The position numbers were made by a program, and so were the translations under genes. Positions 1-10,484 of a DNA stretch of 64,000 nucleotides are shown piece after piece (positions within the stretch are counted from its first letter, which is position 1; each line of letters begins with the position of its first letter). This DNA is from Acidobacteriota bacterium (GTDB taxonomy: Bacteria; Acidobacteriota; Thermoanaerobaculia; Gp7-AA8): contig JAXDJV010000007.1 in NCBI GenBank assembly GCA_034667465.1, positions 81,988 through 145,987 of the forward strand, written 5' to 3'. The notes below the pieces were generated by a model, which was not told the origin of the DNA, did not search any database, and saw only the letters and a program-made list of their open reading frames with translations.

Positions 1-1418
1 TGGGCGCGTTCTAGCGTCGATCGGCCGCAGAGTTTGTTCGGAGAGTCGACCATGACGAGTGTTCGGCTCGTGGGGAGGTAACCGAGGTTGCGATTTGGGT
101 TATCTCCCGGCGGGAACGGGAGTGCTCCGTAGAGTCCGAGCACGACCTGTGCGAGGTCACCGACGCGATACTTGGTTCCCATCGTTGAAGCGAGATTTTC
201 CTTCTGGTAGTCACCGATGGATTGATAGAGGAACGGCTGCGCACCACGGTCGATGAGGCGCTTTCTGGCAACCATACAGGCGGGCTTGCCGAGGTCGCCG
301 ACAATCCAACGCAGACCCAGTTTCTCCGCGACGGCGGCGGTCGTGCCGGAGCCAGAGAAGAAATCTGCAACTACCCCACCGTCTGGACACGAAGCGCGGA
401 GCACGCGCTCCAAGAGGGCCTCTGGTTTCTGTGTACCGTAGTCCACACGCTCGAAAGCTTGGGGGTTGATTATCGGAAGCGTCCAGACATCTGACACGAC
501 TGTGCCGGCCGCGCTCGTATGGACTATCTTGTCGTACTTGCTGAAATCCACGCCGGATGCCTTTGCGCGCGCCTCGTCATAGACGAGCAGCTTCTTATGC
601 CCGCCATCCACGACAACGTGGTAACCCCGCTCATACCGTGCGTTAGACCGCACGCTATCCTCAATTGCTCGGTAGAAATTCTCATCCGTCCGTGCGTAGA
701 ACAATAGCATGTCGTGCATTCGCGGAAACCCACTGGACGAACGCCGGGAGAAGCGCCGGTAGTGCCAGATCACTTGGTTCCGGAACGACTCAGCACCGAA
801 AATCTCATCCATCATGATTTTCACGTAATGCCCTACGTGCCAGTCGAGGTGCACGTAGATCGACCCCCGACCACTTAGGAGCTCGCGCATCAATACGAGC
901 CTCGGGTATAAATACGCGAGATAGGCTCCTGTTCCTTTTACGAGGCCAATGTCTCCCCCGAAGTCCCGCGACCAAGTGTCGGCGTAGGCGAACTGCTCGA
1001 CTGTCGTTGGTCGCTGCTCGATATCCGCTCCTGGGAGAGTTACCTTCGTCCGATAGTCCGCCTTCGAGTCGAACGGTGGGTCGATGTAGATGAGATCGAT
1101 CTTCCCGCGCATGCTCGGGAGTCCGGTCTCGGGGTCCCCCGCGAGGAGCGCCTGCATTGCGAGAAGGTTGTCGCCGTAGATGAGGCGGTTCTGCCAGGCG
1201 CCTTCGGGAACCTCGGTGCTCCGCGCTTCGTACGCGACATCGCGCGCGAATTTGCTCAGGAGGTCGTGATAGTTCGACTCCTTCGAGGGGATGACCAGTT
1301 CGTTCGTCTGGAGACCAACCCGAGTGCCGTCCTTTTCAGAGAGGCCTTCGAGGATCCGGTTCGCCTCGCGCCTGCCATCAGCGACGATTTTCGGTAGGAG
1401 TTCAATGAGGGATGGAAT
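1..1418 (-). CDS. Type III R-M Mod-like site-specific DNA methyltransferase, 3' end runs off the window; start codon uncertain
   Basis: Manually translated and absent from the ORF track, consistent with no stop inside the window: [19 protein letters not shown]...NRLIYGDNL...[10 protein letters not shown] (motif IV)...YGTQKPE...DFFSGSGTT (SAM motif I), beta-class order. Confidence 0.9.
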   Translation of the reverse strand, partial: MPSLIELLPKIVADGRREANRILEGLSEKDGTRVGLQTNELVIPSKESNYHDLLSKFARDVAYEARSTEVPEGAWQNRLIYGDNLLAMQALLAGDPETGLPSMRGKIDLIYIDPPFDSKADYRTKVTLPGADIEQRPTTVEQFAYADTWSRDFGGDIGLVKGTGAYLAYLYPRLVLMRELLSGRGSIYVHLDWHVGHYVKIMMDEIFGAESFRNQVIWHYRRFSRRSSSGFPRMHDMLLFYARTDENFYRAIEDSVRSNARYERGYHVVVDGGHKKLLVYDEARAKASGVDFSKYDKIVHTSAAGTVVSDVWTLPIINPQAFERVDYGTQKPEALLERVLRASCPDGGVVADFFSGSGTTAAVAEKLGLRWIVGDLGKPACMVARKRLIDRGAQPFLYQSIGDYQKENLASTMGTKYRVGDLAQVVLGLYGALPFPPGDNPNRNLGYLPTSRTLVMVDSPNKLCGRSTLERA

Positions 1419-1600
1419 ACAGCGCGGGTGTCAGGGATTTGCCTGCTCATTCTTTCAGATAACGACGGCCGGCCGCAACTGCGAGCTGTGGATAACAGCA
1501 GATGGACCAGCAGTTTGCGGATCGCGGGTTGCAATACGAGCGCCCAGCCGACGCGCTTACTAGAAGCCCCTCTCCCGCCAACATCTGCATCCAGTGCGCC

Positions 1601-4159
1601 CTACGCGACAGCATCGCCGCGTACTCGGCGTATCTCATTCGCGATGATCGGCGAGACGGCTACCGTATCGAGATTCAGCTCACGGAGCCGCGCGAGCGCT
1701 GCTTCGAGGTCTAGGTTGTCTTCGGGGATGTATTCGGATACTGCGATGGCCGATGTGCGCGAGAGACCGAGGCCGATCAGCGATAGCTGCGTCGCAATCG
1801 ACGTCCCGAACTCGAGCCACATGTTCAGCCGCGGAATCTCTTCAACGAGGTCGACTCGGTTTAGTTCGGTAAGATGAAAGCGAAGGACATCGACGTAACA
1901 CGCGGAGTACTTCGCAAAGCGGAACCGCGCGTACTCCTCAATGTCGGCCATCGTCCTACGAATCACGTCAGGCAGCTGACGACCGTGATCCTTCCAATAC
2001 TTCCAGTTTTCAGAGATGAGACGAGCCAGTGAATAACCACGCATCCAGTTAACGACGAGGAGCGCGTGTGGGTAGGTGAGCTGAAGCGGATCGCCGGAGA
2101 GATGCTGGCTGATGATTCCTATGACGCGCATGTAACTGTCCAGGGCATCGTCGCTCCCTGGTTCCGCCGGTATTGCTTCCTCGATCGCCTTCTTCGCGCG
2201 CAGGTACTCAAGCAGCCCCTGCTGTGCGATCGGGCTCACGCCGGGGTTGCGGAGGATGAACTCCGTCGGAAGCTCAACCGGTGCCATGCCAGTTGCGCAG
2301 GCGGCGTCAAGTTCGTTCACGATTGCCAGATCGTATTTCGCCATTCTTGGCGACGCCGCGAGCGAGCCAAATCGAATACGCTCTCCAAGAAAGTACACGA
2401 ACGCATACTCGAGCGGGTCATACTCCTTCGGGCGGCCGCGCGGGGTCCCAGCAGCGATGTAGTCGAGAAGTTCTTGCCTGCGGTTGAGAAACACGCGGTC
2501 GGTCGCCCGCTCGATGACATAGCGGAGTCGTCGGGTCGGCGGCGGTTCTTTCCAGATATGCGGATTCCGAGGGTCAATGCAGATGACGTTGCCCTGAAAC
2601 TCCTTCCCTTGCCGACCGGCTCGTCCAGCGAGGTTCCAAAAGTCCATCTCACCCATCGGCTTTCCTTTGCCCTTTTGTGGCCCGCGAACGAAGATCGATC
2701 GCGCGGGAAGGTTCACGCCTTCGATGAGTGTGGACGTGCAGACGAGAAAGCGGATCTTGCCGCTTCGGAACAGTCGCTCGATCTCGCTGCGGATGAGGAG
2801 CGGCATGTTGCCGTAGTGAAATGCGACGCCGTACGGAAGAACTGCCGCGAGAGCGTACTTCTCGTGCACTGTTCGCTGAACGAGATCAACGAGCGCAGCC
2901 AGCTCTGGGTCGTTCGACAACGTCGCTCGGAACATTTCCGCGAGTTGTACCGCCGTCTTCTCCGCGTCGGCAGCGCCGGAGACGTAGACAAGATTGCCGC
3001 CGATCGAGCCGCCAAGTGCTGCCGCGATCATGGGTAGACGTTTGCTCTCCGGCGACGGCGTTTGGGGCAGATCGAGTTGACCGAGGGGCAGTGTTTCCTC
3101 ATTGATGCACAGTTCGACTGTCCATCGTTTCGCTTTCCTCGGCACTTGAGAAACCCAGATGAGATTCTGGTTGACTGCAACCTGCTCGGCTGCGACGGAC
3201 TGCGTCTTTCGTCCAGGAGGCGCGTGATCGAGGAGCACCTGGGGATTAGAGGTCATCGGGCTCGCGAAGACTGTTCGCACATCTGCCTTCCGTTGGCCGA
3301 CCTGGTCGATGACCTGTTCGAGCAGTATGCCGCGGGGGCCCTCTCCGATCTTCTGGGCTTCGTCGACGACTAGGACATCCGGCGCGAAGTCTGCGTGTTC
3401 GGTAAGCAAGAGTTGCAGGCGTTCCTGCGTGAGGACATATACGACCGGGGCGGATACCGAGCCATGAGGCACTTGCGGGATCGAGGTAATAAAGACGTTC
3501 GGTGCTCCGGCAAATCGACTGCGCAGCTCCTGTTCGAGCTCTTGCACCAGGGCACGCGTTGGCACTACATAGACAACCGTGTGAGCGTCGGCCGATGTGA
3601 TGACGTCGTGAACTGCGCGCTGCAGGATGAACGACTTTCCGGACGACGTTGGTGCGGAGATGCTCAGCCACGACCCCTCGCCGAAAGTACGGTATACCAA
3701 CATTTGGAACCGATTCACTTGCGAGAATCCGCCTGTTGTTGTGTCCACTAGTGAGAATTCGACGTCGCGGCGCAAGGCATCGAGGAGCAGCGGCGGTGGG
3801 ATCTCATCGCGATACGCTGACTCAACCAGTCCGCGCTGGACCGCCAGCGCTACCGCCGATCGATTCGTCATCATTTCGAGGATGAGCGCAGCTCCGTTTC
3901 GCTGCGGAACGGTTGCCTGGGTACGGCTAAGAGTGAAGTGCGCAATTCGTAATGCGGCGTCTTGGCAGGCGCCGCGATCCGAGTGGGCCAATACGCTCCC
4001 GCATTCAAGGAGATAGTTTAGATCGGCGGTGGTCGCGCCATCTTCGGGAATGCCGGTCAACACAGAGAACTGTTCCGCTACTGATCGCAGCGTGATTCTT
4101 CGGATGTCACGCCTCAGCGCCGGCGATTCGAGAAGCCGATCAGCCAGCGTGTTAGCCAT
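1601..4159 (-). CDS. hamB: Hachiman HamB-like Ski2/DEAD-box helicase
   Basis: APTSSGKS Walker A, DEAQ, FHYGNM, TSTLIEGVNLPA, NLAGRAGR; overlaps the upstream DUF1837 gene. Confidence 0.85.
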   Translation of the reverse strand: MANTLADRLLESPALRRDIRRITLRSVAEQFSVLTGIPEDGATTADLNYLLECGSVLAHSDRGACQDAALRIAHFTLSRTQATVPQRNGAALILEMMTNRSAVALAVQRGLVESAYRDEIPPPLLLDALRRDVEFSLVDTTTGGFSQVNRFQMLVYRTFGEGSWLSISAPTSSGKSFILQRAVHDVITSADAHTVVYVVPTRALVQELEQELRSRFAGAPNVFITSIPQVPHGSVSAPVVYVLTQERLQLLLTEHADFAPDVLVVDEAQKIGEGPRGILLEQVIDQVGQRKADVRTVFASPMTSNPQVLLDHAPPGRKTQSVAAEQVAVNQNLIWVSQVPRKAKRWTVELCINEETLPLGQLDLPQTPSPESKRLPMIAAALGGSIGGNLVYVSGAADAEKTAVQLAEMFRATLSNDPELAALVDLVQRTVHEKYALAAVLPYGVAFHYGNMPLLIRSEIERLFRSGKIRFLVCTSTLIEGVNLPARSIFVRGPQKGKGKPMGEMDFWNLAGRAGRQGKEFQGNVICIDPRNPHIWKEPPPTRRLRYVIERATDRVFLNRRQELLDYIAAGTPRGRPKEYDPLEYAFVYFLGERIRFGSLAASPRMAKYDLAIVNELDAACATGMAPVELPTEFILRNPGVSPIAQQGLLEYLRAKKAIEEAIPAEPGSDDALDSYMRVIGIISQHLSGDPLQLTYPHALLVVNWMRGYSLARLISENWKYWKDHGRQLPDVIRRTMADIEEYARFRFAKYSACYVDVLRFHLTELNRVDLVEEIPRLNMWLEFGTSIATQLSLIGLGLSRTSAIAVSEYIPEDNLDLEAALARLRELNLDTVAVSPIIANEIRRVRGDAVA

Positions 4160-5141
4160 GACCGATCTCGTGGAGAAACGCCTTCCGGAAGTACTCGACG
4201 GATGGGAAGGGCAGCAGGAAGACTTCCAAATGGATGCTCGCTAGCGGCGGACGCTTCGTGATGTGGCCGCCAATCATCTCCACCCACTTCTGAAGGGCGA
4301 CCCGTGCTTCGCTCACGAGGGCATCAAGCTCCTTCTCATTGTGAACCTTTGGGTAGAGCGTCTCGTCGAAGCCGACCAAGCAGACGCCTCGGAACTGCAC
4401 CTTGTTGTAGAGGGGATGATCACGATCCAGGAAGGTCAGAATGGCTGCTTCGAGCGCAGGATCTGCCAGATCGATGTTGTCGCGCATCAGCTGCAGGTCG
4501 CGCTCGTAGGCCGCGCCGGTCCCTCCTTCGCCGCAGACGTATGGCTTGATTGAGTCAAGGCATTCGGTGACTGCGCTTGCAATGGTCTTGTGGAGTTTCG
4601 ATTCTCCCCAGTACAGCGCGAGCTGACCGCTATCGGCGTCGTAGCCGGCGTGAATGCCGTCGATGCCGTGGACGTGCATCTGCCGGTTCGTCTTCAATGC
4701 CATCTTGCAGAAGACCTGGGGCAACTTCAGCTGACTCTGCGCGAACATGTAGAGGAGGAGTTCACCACCTTCTCCGGTCCGGTCTAGGCTCGTGAAGAGC
4801 TGTCGCGCTTTGATGACAAGCTCCGTCGTGCGGCGTTTGTTGTTGTTCTTGCGATCGGCGGCGTCGGCCTCCTCGATCTCTCGCCGCGGAATCGCGTACT
4901 CGACAACACTCAGCGCCAACGAACGGGCGAGATCCTTTACGCGCGGCATTAGGTTGCCGTCGAGGGAAACAACGTTGCAGTGAATCGTCGCCTTGGTATC
5001 AGGCACCATCACATCTCGTTCAACAACTGTCAGGAAGGCGTCGAGTTCCCGCCCATCGCCCCGTAGCAGGCGCTCGATTCGAGCGTCAAGGTCCGCAGGG
5101 ATGGGATCGAGTACCGGCATCGTTGGATCTTCCTGTGCCAT
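4152..5141 (-). CDS. hamA: Hachiman HamA (DUF1837) nuclease
   Basis: GEGGELLLY...KMALKTN..HVHGIDGIH...LYWGESKLH pattern typical of DUF1837; paired with the helicase. Confidence 0.85.
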   Translation of the reverse strand: MAQEDPTMPVLDPIPADLDARIERLLRGDGRELDAFLTVVERDVMVPDTKATIHCNVVSLDGNLMPRVKDLARSLALSVVEYAIPRREIEEADAADRKNNNKRRTTELVIKARQLFTSLDRTGEGGELLLYMFAQSQLKLPQVFCKMALKTNRQMHVHGIDGIHAGYDADSGQLALYWGESKLHKTIASAVTECLDSIKPYVCGEGGTGAAYERDLQLMRDNIDLADPALEAAILTFLDRDHPLYNKVQFRGVCLVGFDETLYPKVHNEKELDALVSEARVALQKWVEMIGGHITKRPPLASIHLEVFLLPFPSVEYFRKAFLHEIGHG

Positions 5142-5476
5142 CGTTGTTTAGGCTTGTACGGTCATGGTACGTGGACAACCACGGTGCATCAATGAACGTG
5201 TGCCTTGGGCGGCAGGATTACGCATCGAGGAAGCTCCTGAACACGTCGGGAGTCCACTCTTCGCCAGACTCGGGGCTGCTGCCGCGCGATTCCAGTGGTC
5301 CCGAGAACTGGTGCGATTGAATCGCACGGAATCACGGACTGTTCGTGCGCGGCAGCATGCCACCGAGGTGGAGAACCTGAGCATTGGGGAAAGATGCGTC
5401 ACCTTCTACGTATTTGCCGTCTGATTGCTAGAAGACCTTGATGTGAGATTCATGTGTGTGTCGTAAAGGTGCAGGC

Positions 5477-5848
5477 CTAGTCGACCGGAATCGAGTCGAG
5501 GCTGACTTTTTCGATGCCGCCCTTCTTTTTCCAGGTCAGCATGTTCACTTCATCCGCACGGATCTCGGTTATGTACTTCCGCTCGCCTTCCTTCTCGTAC
5601 GCGCGGTTGAGCAGTGTGCCCTCGACATACACGCCCTGGCCTTTGCTGAGGTACTTGGCGCAGATCTCGCCAAGTTTGCCGAATGCAACGACACGGTGAT
5701 AGTCGGTGACTTCTTGTCTCTCGCCGTCCGAGGTGTGCTCGCGATGGGTGGCAATTGGGAAGGTGACACGGGTGCCGGTCTTGGTCTCGGCCGACTCGGG
5801 ATCGGCGGCGACGTGCCCGACAAGAATGACTTTGTTGACGCTCCTCAT
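5477..5848 (-). CDS. ssb: Single-stranded DNA-binding protein (element-borne, short)
   Basis: MRSVNKVILVGH...YHRVVAFGKLGEICAKYLSKG..VYVEG OB-fold signature. Confidence 0.92.
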   Translation of the reverse strand: MRSVNKVILVGHVAADPESAETKTGTRVTFPIATHREHTSDGERQEVTDYHRVVAFGKLGEICAKYLSKGQGVYVEGTLLNRAYEKEGERKYITEIRADEVNMLTWKKKGGIEKVSLDSIPVD

Positions 5849-6073
5849 GTGGATGGGGGTTAGACGGTACTGGCGGCTCAGACTACAGATGACTTGTGAA
5901 TCCCTCCTTTCGCTCAAGATTGAGATTCGGCTGATCTGCGATGGAAACGTCGGGTACCTGTAAACGACTCTTCATTCAGTCTTCATCTTCGATTGCGACA
6001 AGGACCCCCCTCAAAACCGATGCAAGTTGGAGCCTGCCAAGAAGATCGGTTGAAACTCGTCTAAACAAGGAGT

Positions 6074-6814
6074 CTAGACAGTCCGCTTGAACACCCTCTC
6101 TGCGAGGCTGGCAAGTCCCGGCCGGCCCGGCTCACTCGGGAGGGCGGCAACCACGATATGCGCGCGAAACGAAGCCCCTTCAACGGCCTTCTCGATCGCT
6201 TGCACCCGCCGCTCGCCGATGGTTAGAACCAGAACGGTTGCCTCCGCATCCGCGGCGAGAGTGGCGAGTGTTGCGTCGAGCGCCTTCAGTTTGTCCACCA
6301 GGACGCGGAGCCGTTCTGTTGCGCGATCGACTTCCACGGCGACGAGCATCCCGCCGGTTTGAGGAAGCGCAAGAACGTCCGGCACATTCATTCCGCCGCT
6401 CGCTTTCAGCTTCCGGCGAATTTGCCAACATGGCAACGCGTGAGCCTCGGGTGCGAAGAGTCGAAAGAGGACGAGGAGGTCGACGATCCAGAGCGAGTGA
6501 GCCACATCCTTGTCAGGAACGGGACGCTGCGCGACATGTATCTCAGCATCAGGCGCGTGGCGATATTCGCGCAGGTACTCGGCACCGTGCGTAGTCAATC
6601 GCATGCGGTTGATACCGACCTTGTGCCAGCGATACACAGCGATGAGACCCAGCCCGAGTAGTCGACGGACGCAGCGCGAAACAACCACCTCGGACTTGCC
6701 GCCGAAGAAGAGTGCGTGGATCTGGTACTGAGCAACCTCGCGCGCCATCGCGACGAAGACGAGGACTGCGATATCGCGCGCCGAGAGCTTCTGCGCCGCT
6801 CTAGGGTCATGCAT
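6074..6814 (-). CDS. Replication-relaxation (Replic_Relax) family protein, putative relaxase
   Basis: N-terminal wHTH-like region, AHSLWIVD, PD...VAVEVDRATE PD-(D/E)xK-like core. Confidence 0.7.
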   Translation of the reverse strand: MHDPRAAQKLSARDIAVLVFVAMAREVAQYQIHALFFGGKSEVVVSRCVRRLLGLGLIAVYRWHKVGINRMRLTTHGAEYLREYRHAPDAEIHVAQRPVPDKDVAHSLWIVDLLVLFRLFAPEAHALPCWQIRRKLKASGGMNVPDVLALPQTGGMLVAVEVDRATERLRVLVDKLKALDATLATLAADAEATVLVLTIGERRVQAIEKAVEGASFRAHIVVAALPSEPGRPGLASLAERVFKRTV

Positions 6815-6961
6815 GTCTCGATGAGGCCGCGGCCGCTTCGTCGTCCCGCTGATCGCGCACGCTGACCTCTGCACATATGCATGAGGAGACGTGCGCGCCG
6901 TTCGGACGAAGCGGGCCGCAGCTCACCCTCTCCGGCTCTGGGTTCATGCATCGCCCCATTC

Positions 6962-7306
6962 TTAAAACACCGTCGCCAAGGTGGGTACTGCTTGTATGAA
7001 AGAGTTGAACTGGTCGAATGAGGATCGAATAAGCGCATCGAGCTCCGTCATGACCGCGACAGCGTCACGTGACGGAACGGTCGTCGTGTACGACCGCGAA
7101 CGTTCCCGCTGGAACTCTCCAAACGGGTTGAGCCAGATGCCTTCGACATCCGCGCGCCGCGTGATGCCGCCGGTCAGGGCGACAACACGACGCTCGAACG
7201 CCTCAAACTGTGCCTCGGAAAACGGAAGACCATCGTTGTCAGCGATGGGTACGAGCAGGTCGAGGCTGACCGTCTCGCGAAGGGGAGCAGTTGTTGCTGT
7301 GAGCAT
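6962..7306 (-). CDS. Small hypothetical protein
   Basis: ATG start; LLVPIADNDG.PF...GGITRR..VEGIW globular composition. Confidence 0.6.
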   Translation of the reverse strand: MLTATTAPLRETVSLDLLVPIADNDGLPFSEAQFEAFERRVVALTGGITRRADVEGIWLNPFGEFQRERSRSYTTTVPSRDAVAVMTELDALIRSSFDQFNSFIQAVPTLATVF

Positions 7307-7543
7307 GAGACCTGGGGTTATGGAAGGCGGCGGCGACGAGTGCGGGCAACGCCTGGCGCGAAGCCAGGAGAGATCGTAGACGGGCGGAATGTGCTCGCCC
7401 CGCCGGCATTGCCGCGCGGTTCCGATGGTCCGCGCCTGACGCCGCGTCGATGACGACGGCGGAAGGGTGCGGTTCGTGCGCGCGCGGCAACATGCCGGCG
7501 AGGGCAAGACACCTTGAGCGTATGAGGAGGCAGGCAGCATCCG

Positions 7544-7840
7544 TTAGCTCGCGACTGGAATCTTGATGCGGGGCGTTGAGAGAAGTTCTTCGATCATCGG
7601 ATTGATCGCATTGATCACGTCGTCGATGAGGTCGTCGTCGGCCTGCAACTCGAGGTGAAAGTGCGGAGGCACGAGTTCGGGTCCATCGTCGCCGAACCGA
7701 AGACCGCCTTCATGGCGCGTTACCAGAAGATTGCCGTCGAAGTCGTCGACTACAACTTGGCCGATGGGATCGAAGGCGTCAGACGGGATATCAATGCCGT
7801 CCGCGGTGGTGCTGGGGATTTCGCGTGTGCGTGTAGTCAT
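7544..7840 (-). CDS. Small acidic hypothetical protein
   Basis: MTTRTREIPST...DDDLIDDVINAI; co-oriented with neighbours. Confidence 0.55.
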   Translation of the reverse strand: MTTRTREIPSTTADGIDIPSDAFDPIGQVVVDDFDGNLLVTRHEGGLRFGDDGPELVPPHFHLELQADDDLIDDVINAINPMIEELLSTPRIKIPVAS

Positions 7841-8151
7841 AAAAGGAAAGGGGAATGAAAAAAAGAGATCGGATATCTCTGTCGCTGCTCCGAGTGCCTG
7901 CCTCCTCTTGCTCAAGCTTGTTTTCCTGTTTGGGGATGATGAAGTCATGACGATCAGCGTAGCCGCCACGCGACGCCGCGGATCGAAACGGATCGGAATG
8001 ATCAGAACCGTTGCGTGCCGCCGCCGGCCACGCGCGGCAGTCCCGATGGCGCGGTTCGAGTCTCGCGTGATTCGCAGAGCTGATCGATCCGCGGCGTTCG
8101 TGCGAGCGCGTAGCCGGCGAGGCAACGACAACAAGAGCACGGAGAAACGAA

Positions 8152-8441
8152 CTACGTCCCGCGAGGTACGGTTGGAGTAATGCAGCGTGCGAGTTCTTCA
8201 ATGTCGTTGATGATGCCGAGTCGCCGCTGCCGAACACGGAAGATGAAGGCTGGGCCATCGAAGTAAACGCCGTCTTGGTTACCGCCAGGTTCATCCTCAT
8301 CATCGATCTCGACGTCGACGCCCAGCACGCGTCCAATGAGGTCGCGATATCTGGTTCGGTCGGGTCGGTGAATGATGCGAGAGACCGGCCGAACGCGGAT
8401 TCTTTCGCGACGATCCAGATGAAGTCAGGTTGGAAGGACAT
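8152..8441 (-). pseudogene. Small acidic ORF, probably frameshifted
   Basis: MSFQPDFIWIV...EPDI in one frame; the protein-like continuation DLIGRVLGVDVEIDDED...PRGT* is in another frame. Confidence 0.4.
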
Positions 8442-8565
8442 AGGTCGTGGCAGTTAGCCACGCGGGACGAATCGCGACCTCCTGTGTTCAAGATCAGGTT
8501 CATATCGTTCTCGTGACGATACGAACGGTTCTTCTCGGAGCAGCGAATGGATCGAAGAAGTTCGA

Positions 8566-8865
8566 TCAGAGCACCCTAATCGTCGCTGTGCAGAAATCGC
8601 AGATGAACGCTTTCGAGGTCTGCGTGCAGTTCGAACAATGCAAACGCGAACCGAACTCGGTCGTTCCGCATCGCTTGCAGGATGCGAGCACATTCATCGA
8701 GTTGACGTTTGCGCAATGCGGGCACCGGAGAACTCCATCGCGCACGGCGCGGAACCGGTCCAGCGTTTTTCGAGTGTTCAGGATCCATCGCACCAGATAG
8801 ACCGGCGCGGCGAAGACATACAGAGCAGCAAGAAAGAGCCACCGGACAAAGAAGAACTTGATCAT
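8566..8865 (-). CDS. Membrane-anchored protein with four CxxC motifs (double Zn ribbon)
   Basis: N-terminal TM segment, CPHC, CKRC, CSNC, CDFC; ATGA overlap with the upstream ATPase stop. Confidence 0.75.
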   Translation of the reverse strand: MIKFFFVRWLFLAALYVFAAPVYLVRWILNTRKTLDRFRAVRDGVLRCPHCANVNSMNVLASCKRCGTTEFGSRLHCSNCTQTSKAFICDFCTATIRVL

Positions 8866-10484
8866 TCGCCCCCACTTCCAAGTTGTTTGAGAAGGTCCGC
8901 GAGCGTGCCGTGCCGGGGTGTCTTCGGGGTGTCGGCCCTGGGGGGCTGCGCCTGATCGACGATCTGTGCTTCCCACGCTGTGATGAGATCCGCAGCGACC
9001 TTCGACGGGATCATCGATCGTGATGCGATCTCGCGGCGGAAGACCTCGCAAAGCTGCTCCGGCGTACCTCCGTGAACGAGTGCCGCCGGCTCGGGCACAT
9101 CGAGCGCGCGGAGTGGCAGCGCAACACTGCCCTTCGAAAGCAGGTAGAAATGTTGACGTTCCAGACCGTGAAAACGACGGAGGAAGTCACGGTGTCGCTC
9201 TCCTTCCGAGAGGGCGAGGTCGTCCGCTGAAGGAACAGCATGCGGATAGATCCACTCCGCCTCTTCTCGCGACTGGAAAATCGCCCACCACCGGGTGTTG
9301 AGCATCAACGTCCGCACCATCGGCGAGGCAAGCGCGTTTGCGAAATCCTGCGCGCAGAAGATGAGCCCCATGCCGACCGATCGGAGCGTCCGCGCCCCTT
9401 CGGTGAGGGGTTGCGCCAGCTCGCTCGATCCGGAGAGGAGCATCACGGACTCGTCGATGAAGGTGAGTCCTGGCCGGCGCGGATTGCGCCGCGGCGCAGC
9501 GAGGAGGACGTCGATCAGGCGGTAACTCGCACGCTCCTTCCCTTTCGCGAGCGGCAGCGTCATCGTGCAGCCGTAGTTGCCGAGCGTCACCTGCGCAACA
9601 TCCTTCGGCAGCAGCCGGTCGAGATCCGCGGGTGGGATGCCGATCGACAGGCGTACTTCAGGAAAGGCCATGTCGCTCTGAATGCGGCGCAGCAGCGCCT
9701 CCCGCGTCTGACGTGGAAGCGTGTGCGCAACGTCATGAAAGTACGCCCGCACATCGGGATCGCGGACGTCCTGCAGAATGCGCTCGCGGTACGAGGCGTC
9801 CTCAAAGAACTTCACGGCGAAGCGATAGTTCGGGGGAAACCGGCGATCGACGAGCAGCCGGCAGAGCATGAAGGAGGCCTGCCTCAGACTCTCCGTGTAG
9901 GTTTGCGCGCTCGCTTGGATCGCGACGTCATTCCGAATGAACGCGAGGTACGCATCCGAGACGTCGGCGGAGGAATTGTCGAAGGGCGCGATCGGGCTGA
10001 CGGCATCCGGCGACCAGTCAATGACGCGAACCGCACGCGCGATCCGTTCCTTCGTCGGATCATCGGCAAGAAGCCAGAGCGCAGCGATGAACTGGCTTGC
10101 GATGTCGAACGTTTCCTGTTTCGGATCAACTAACTCAAGCTCGACATCGAGCGGAGCATCGGTTTGGCCGTTCTCATCTGGCAACTGGAAAAGCCGACGC
10201 AGAAGCGTGACGATGAGACTGAGGACAAACCTCGTCTTGCCACTTCCGGTGGCGCCGATTACGAGCGCACTCGCGAGCGCGATCGATTGATCGACGCGCA
10301 CCGCAGTGTCATCCGGCAGGCTGCCGAACGGAATCGCGGGTTTCCCGACAAGTTGCCTCGCGGCGTCAGCGAAGACGTCGGCTTGCGACCGAGCGGCGTT
10401 CGCGTTTCGCGATCGCTCGTACTGTAGCGCGCGTTGGTACGACGTTTTCCGCTCGCGCAAGAACAGGAAGTCGAGGAGATTCAC
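8862..10484 (-). CDS. VirD4/TraD/HerA-FtsK-like P-loop ATPase (coupling-protein-like)
   Basis: IGATGSGKT Walker A, DPK, TFIDES Walker B, R-S-x-G...Q motif. Confidence 0.75.
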   Translation of the reverse strand: MNLLDFLFLRERKTSYQRALQYERSRNANAARSQADVFADAARQLVGKPAIPFGSLPDDTAVRVDQSIALASALVIGATGSGKTRFVLSLIVTLLRRLFQLPDENGQTDAPLDVELELVDPKQETFDIASQFIAALWLLADDPTKERIARAVRVIDWSPDAVSPIAPFDNSSADVSDAYLAFIRNDVAIQASAQTYTESLRQASFMLCRLLVDRRFPPNYRFAVKFFEDASYRERILQDVRDPDVRAYFHDVAHTLPRQTREALLRRIQSDMAFPEVRLSIGIPPADLDRLLPKDVAQVTLGNYGCTMTLPLAKGKERASYRLIDVLLAAPRRNPRRPGLTFIDESVMLLSGSSELAQPLTEGARTLRSVGMGLIFCAQDFANALASPMVRTLMLNTRWWAIFQSREEAEWIYPHAVPSADDLALSEGERHRDFLRRFHGLERQHFYLLSKGSVALPLRALDVPEPAALVHGGTPEQLCEVFRREIASRSMIPSKVAADLITAWEAQIVDQAQPPRADTPKTPRHGTLADLLKQLGSGGE

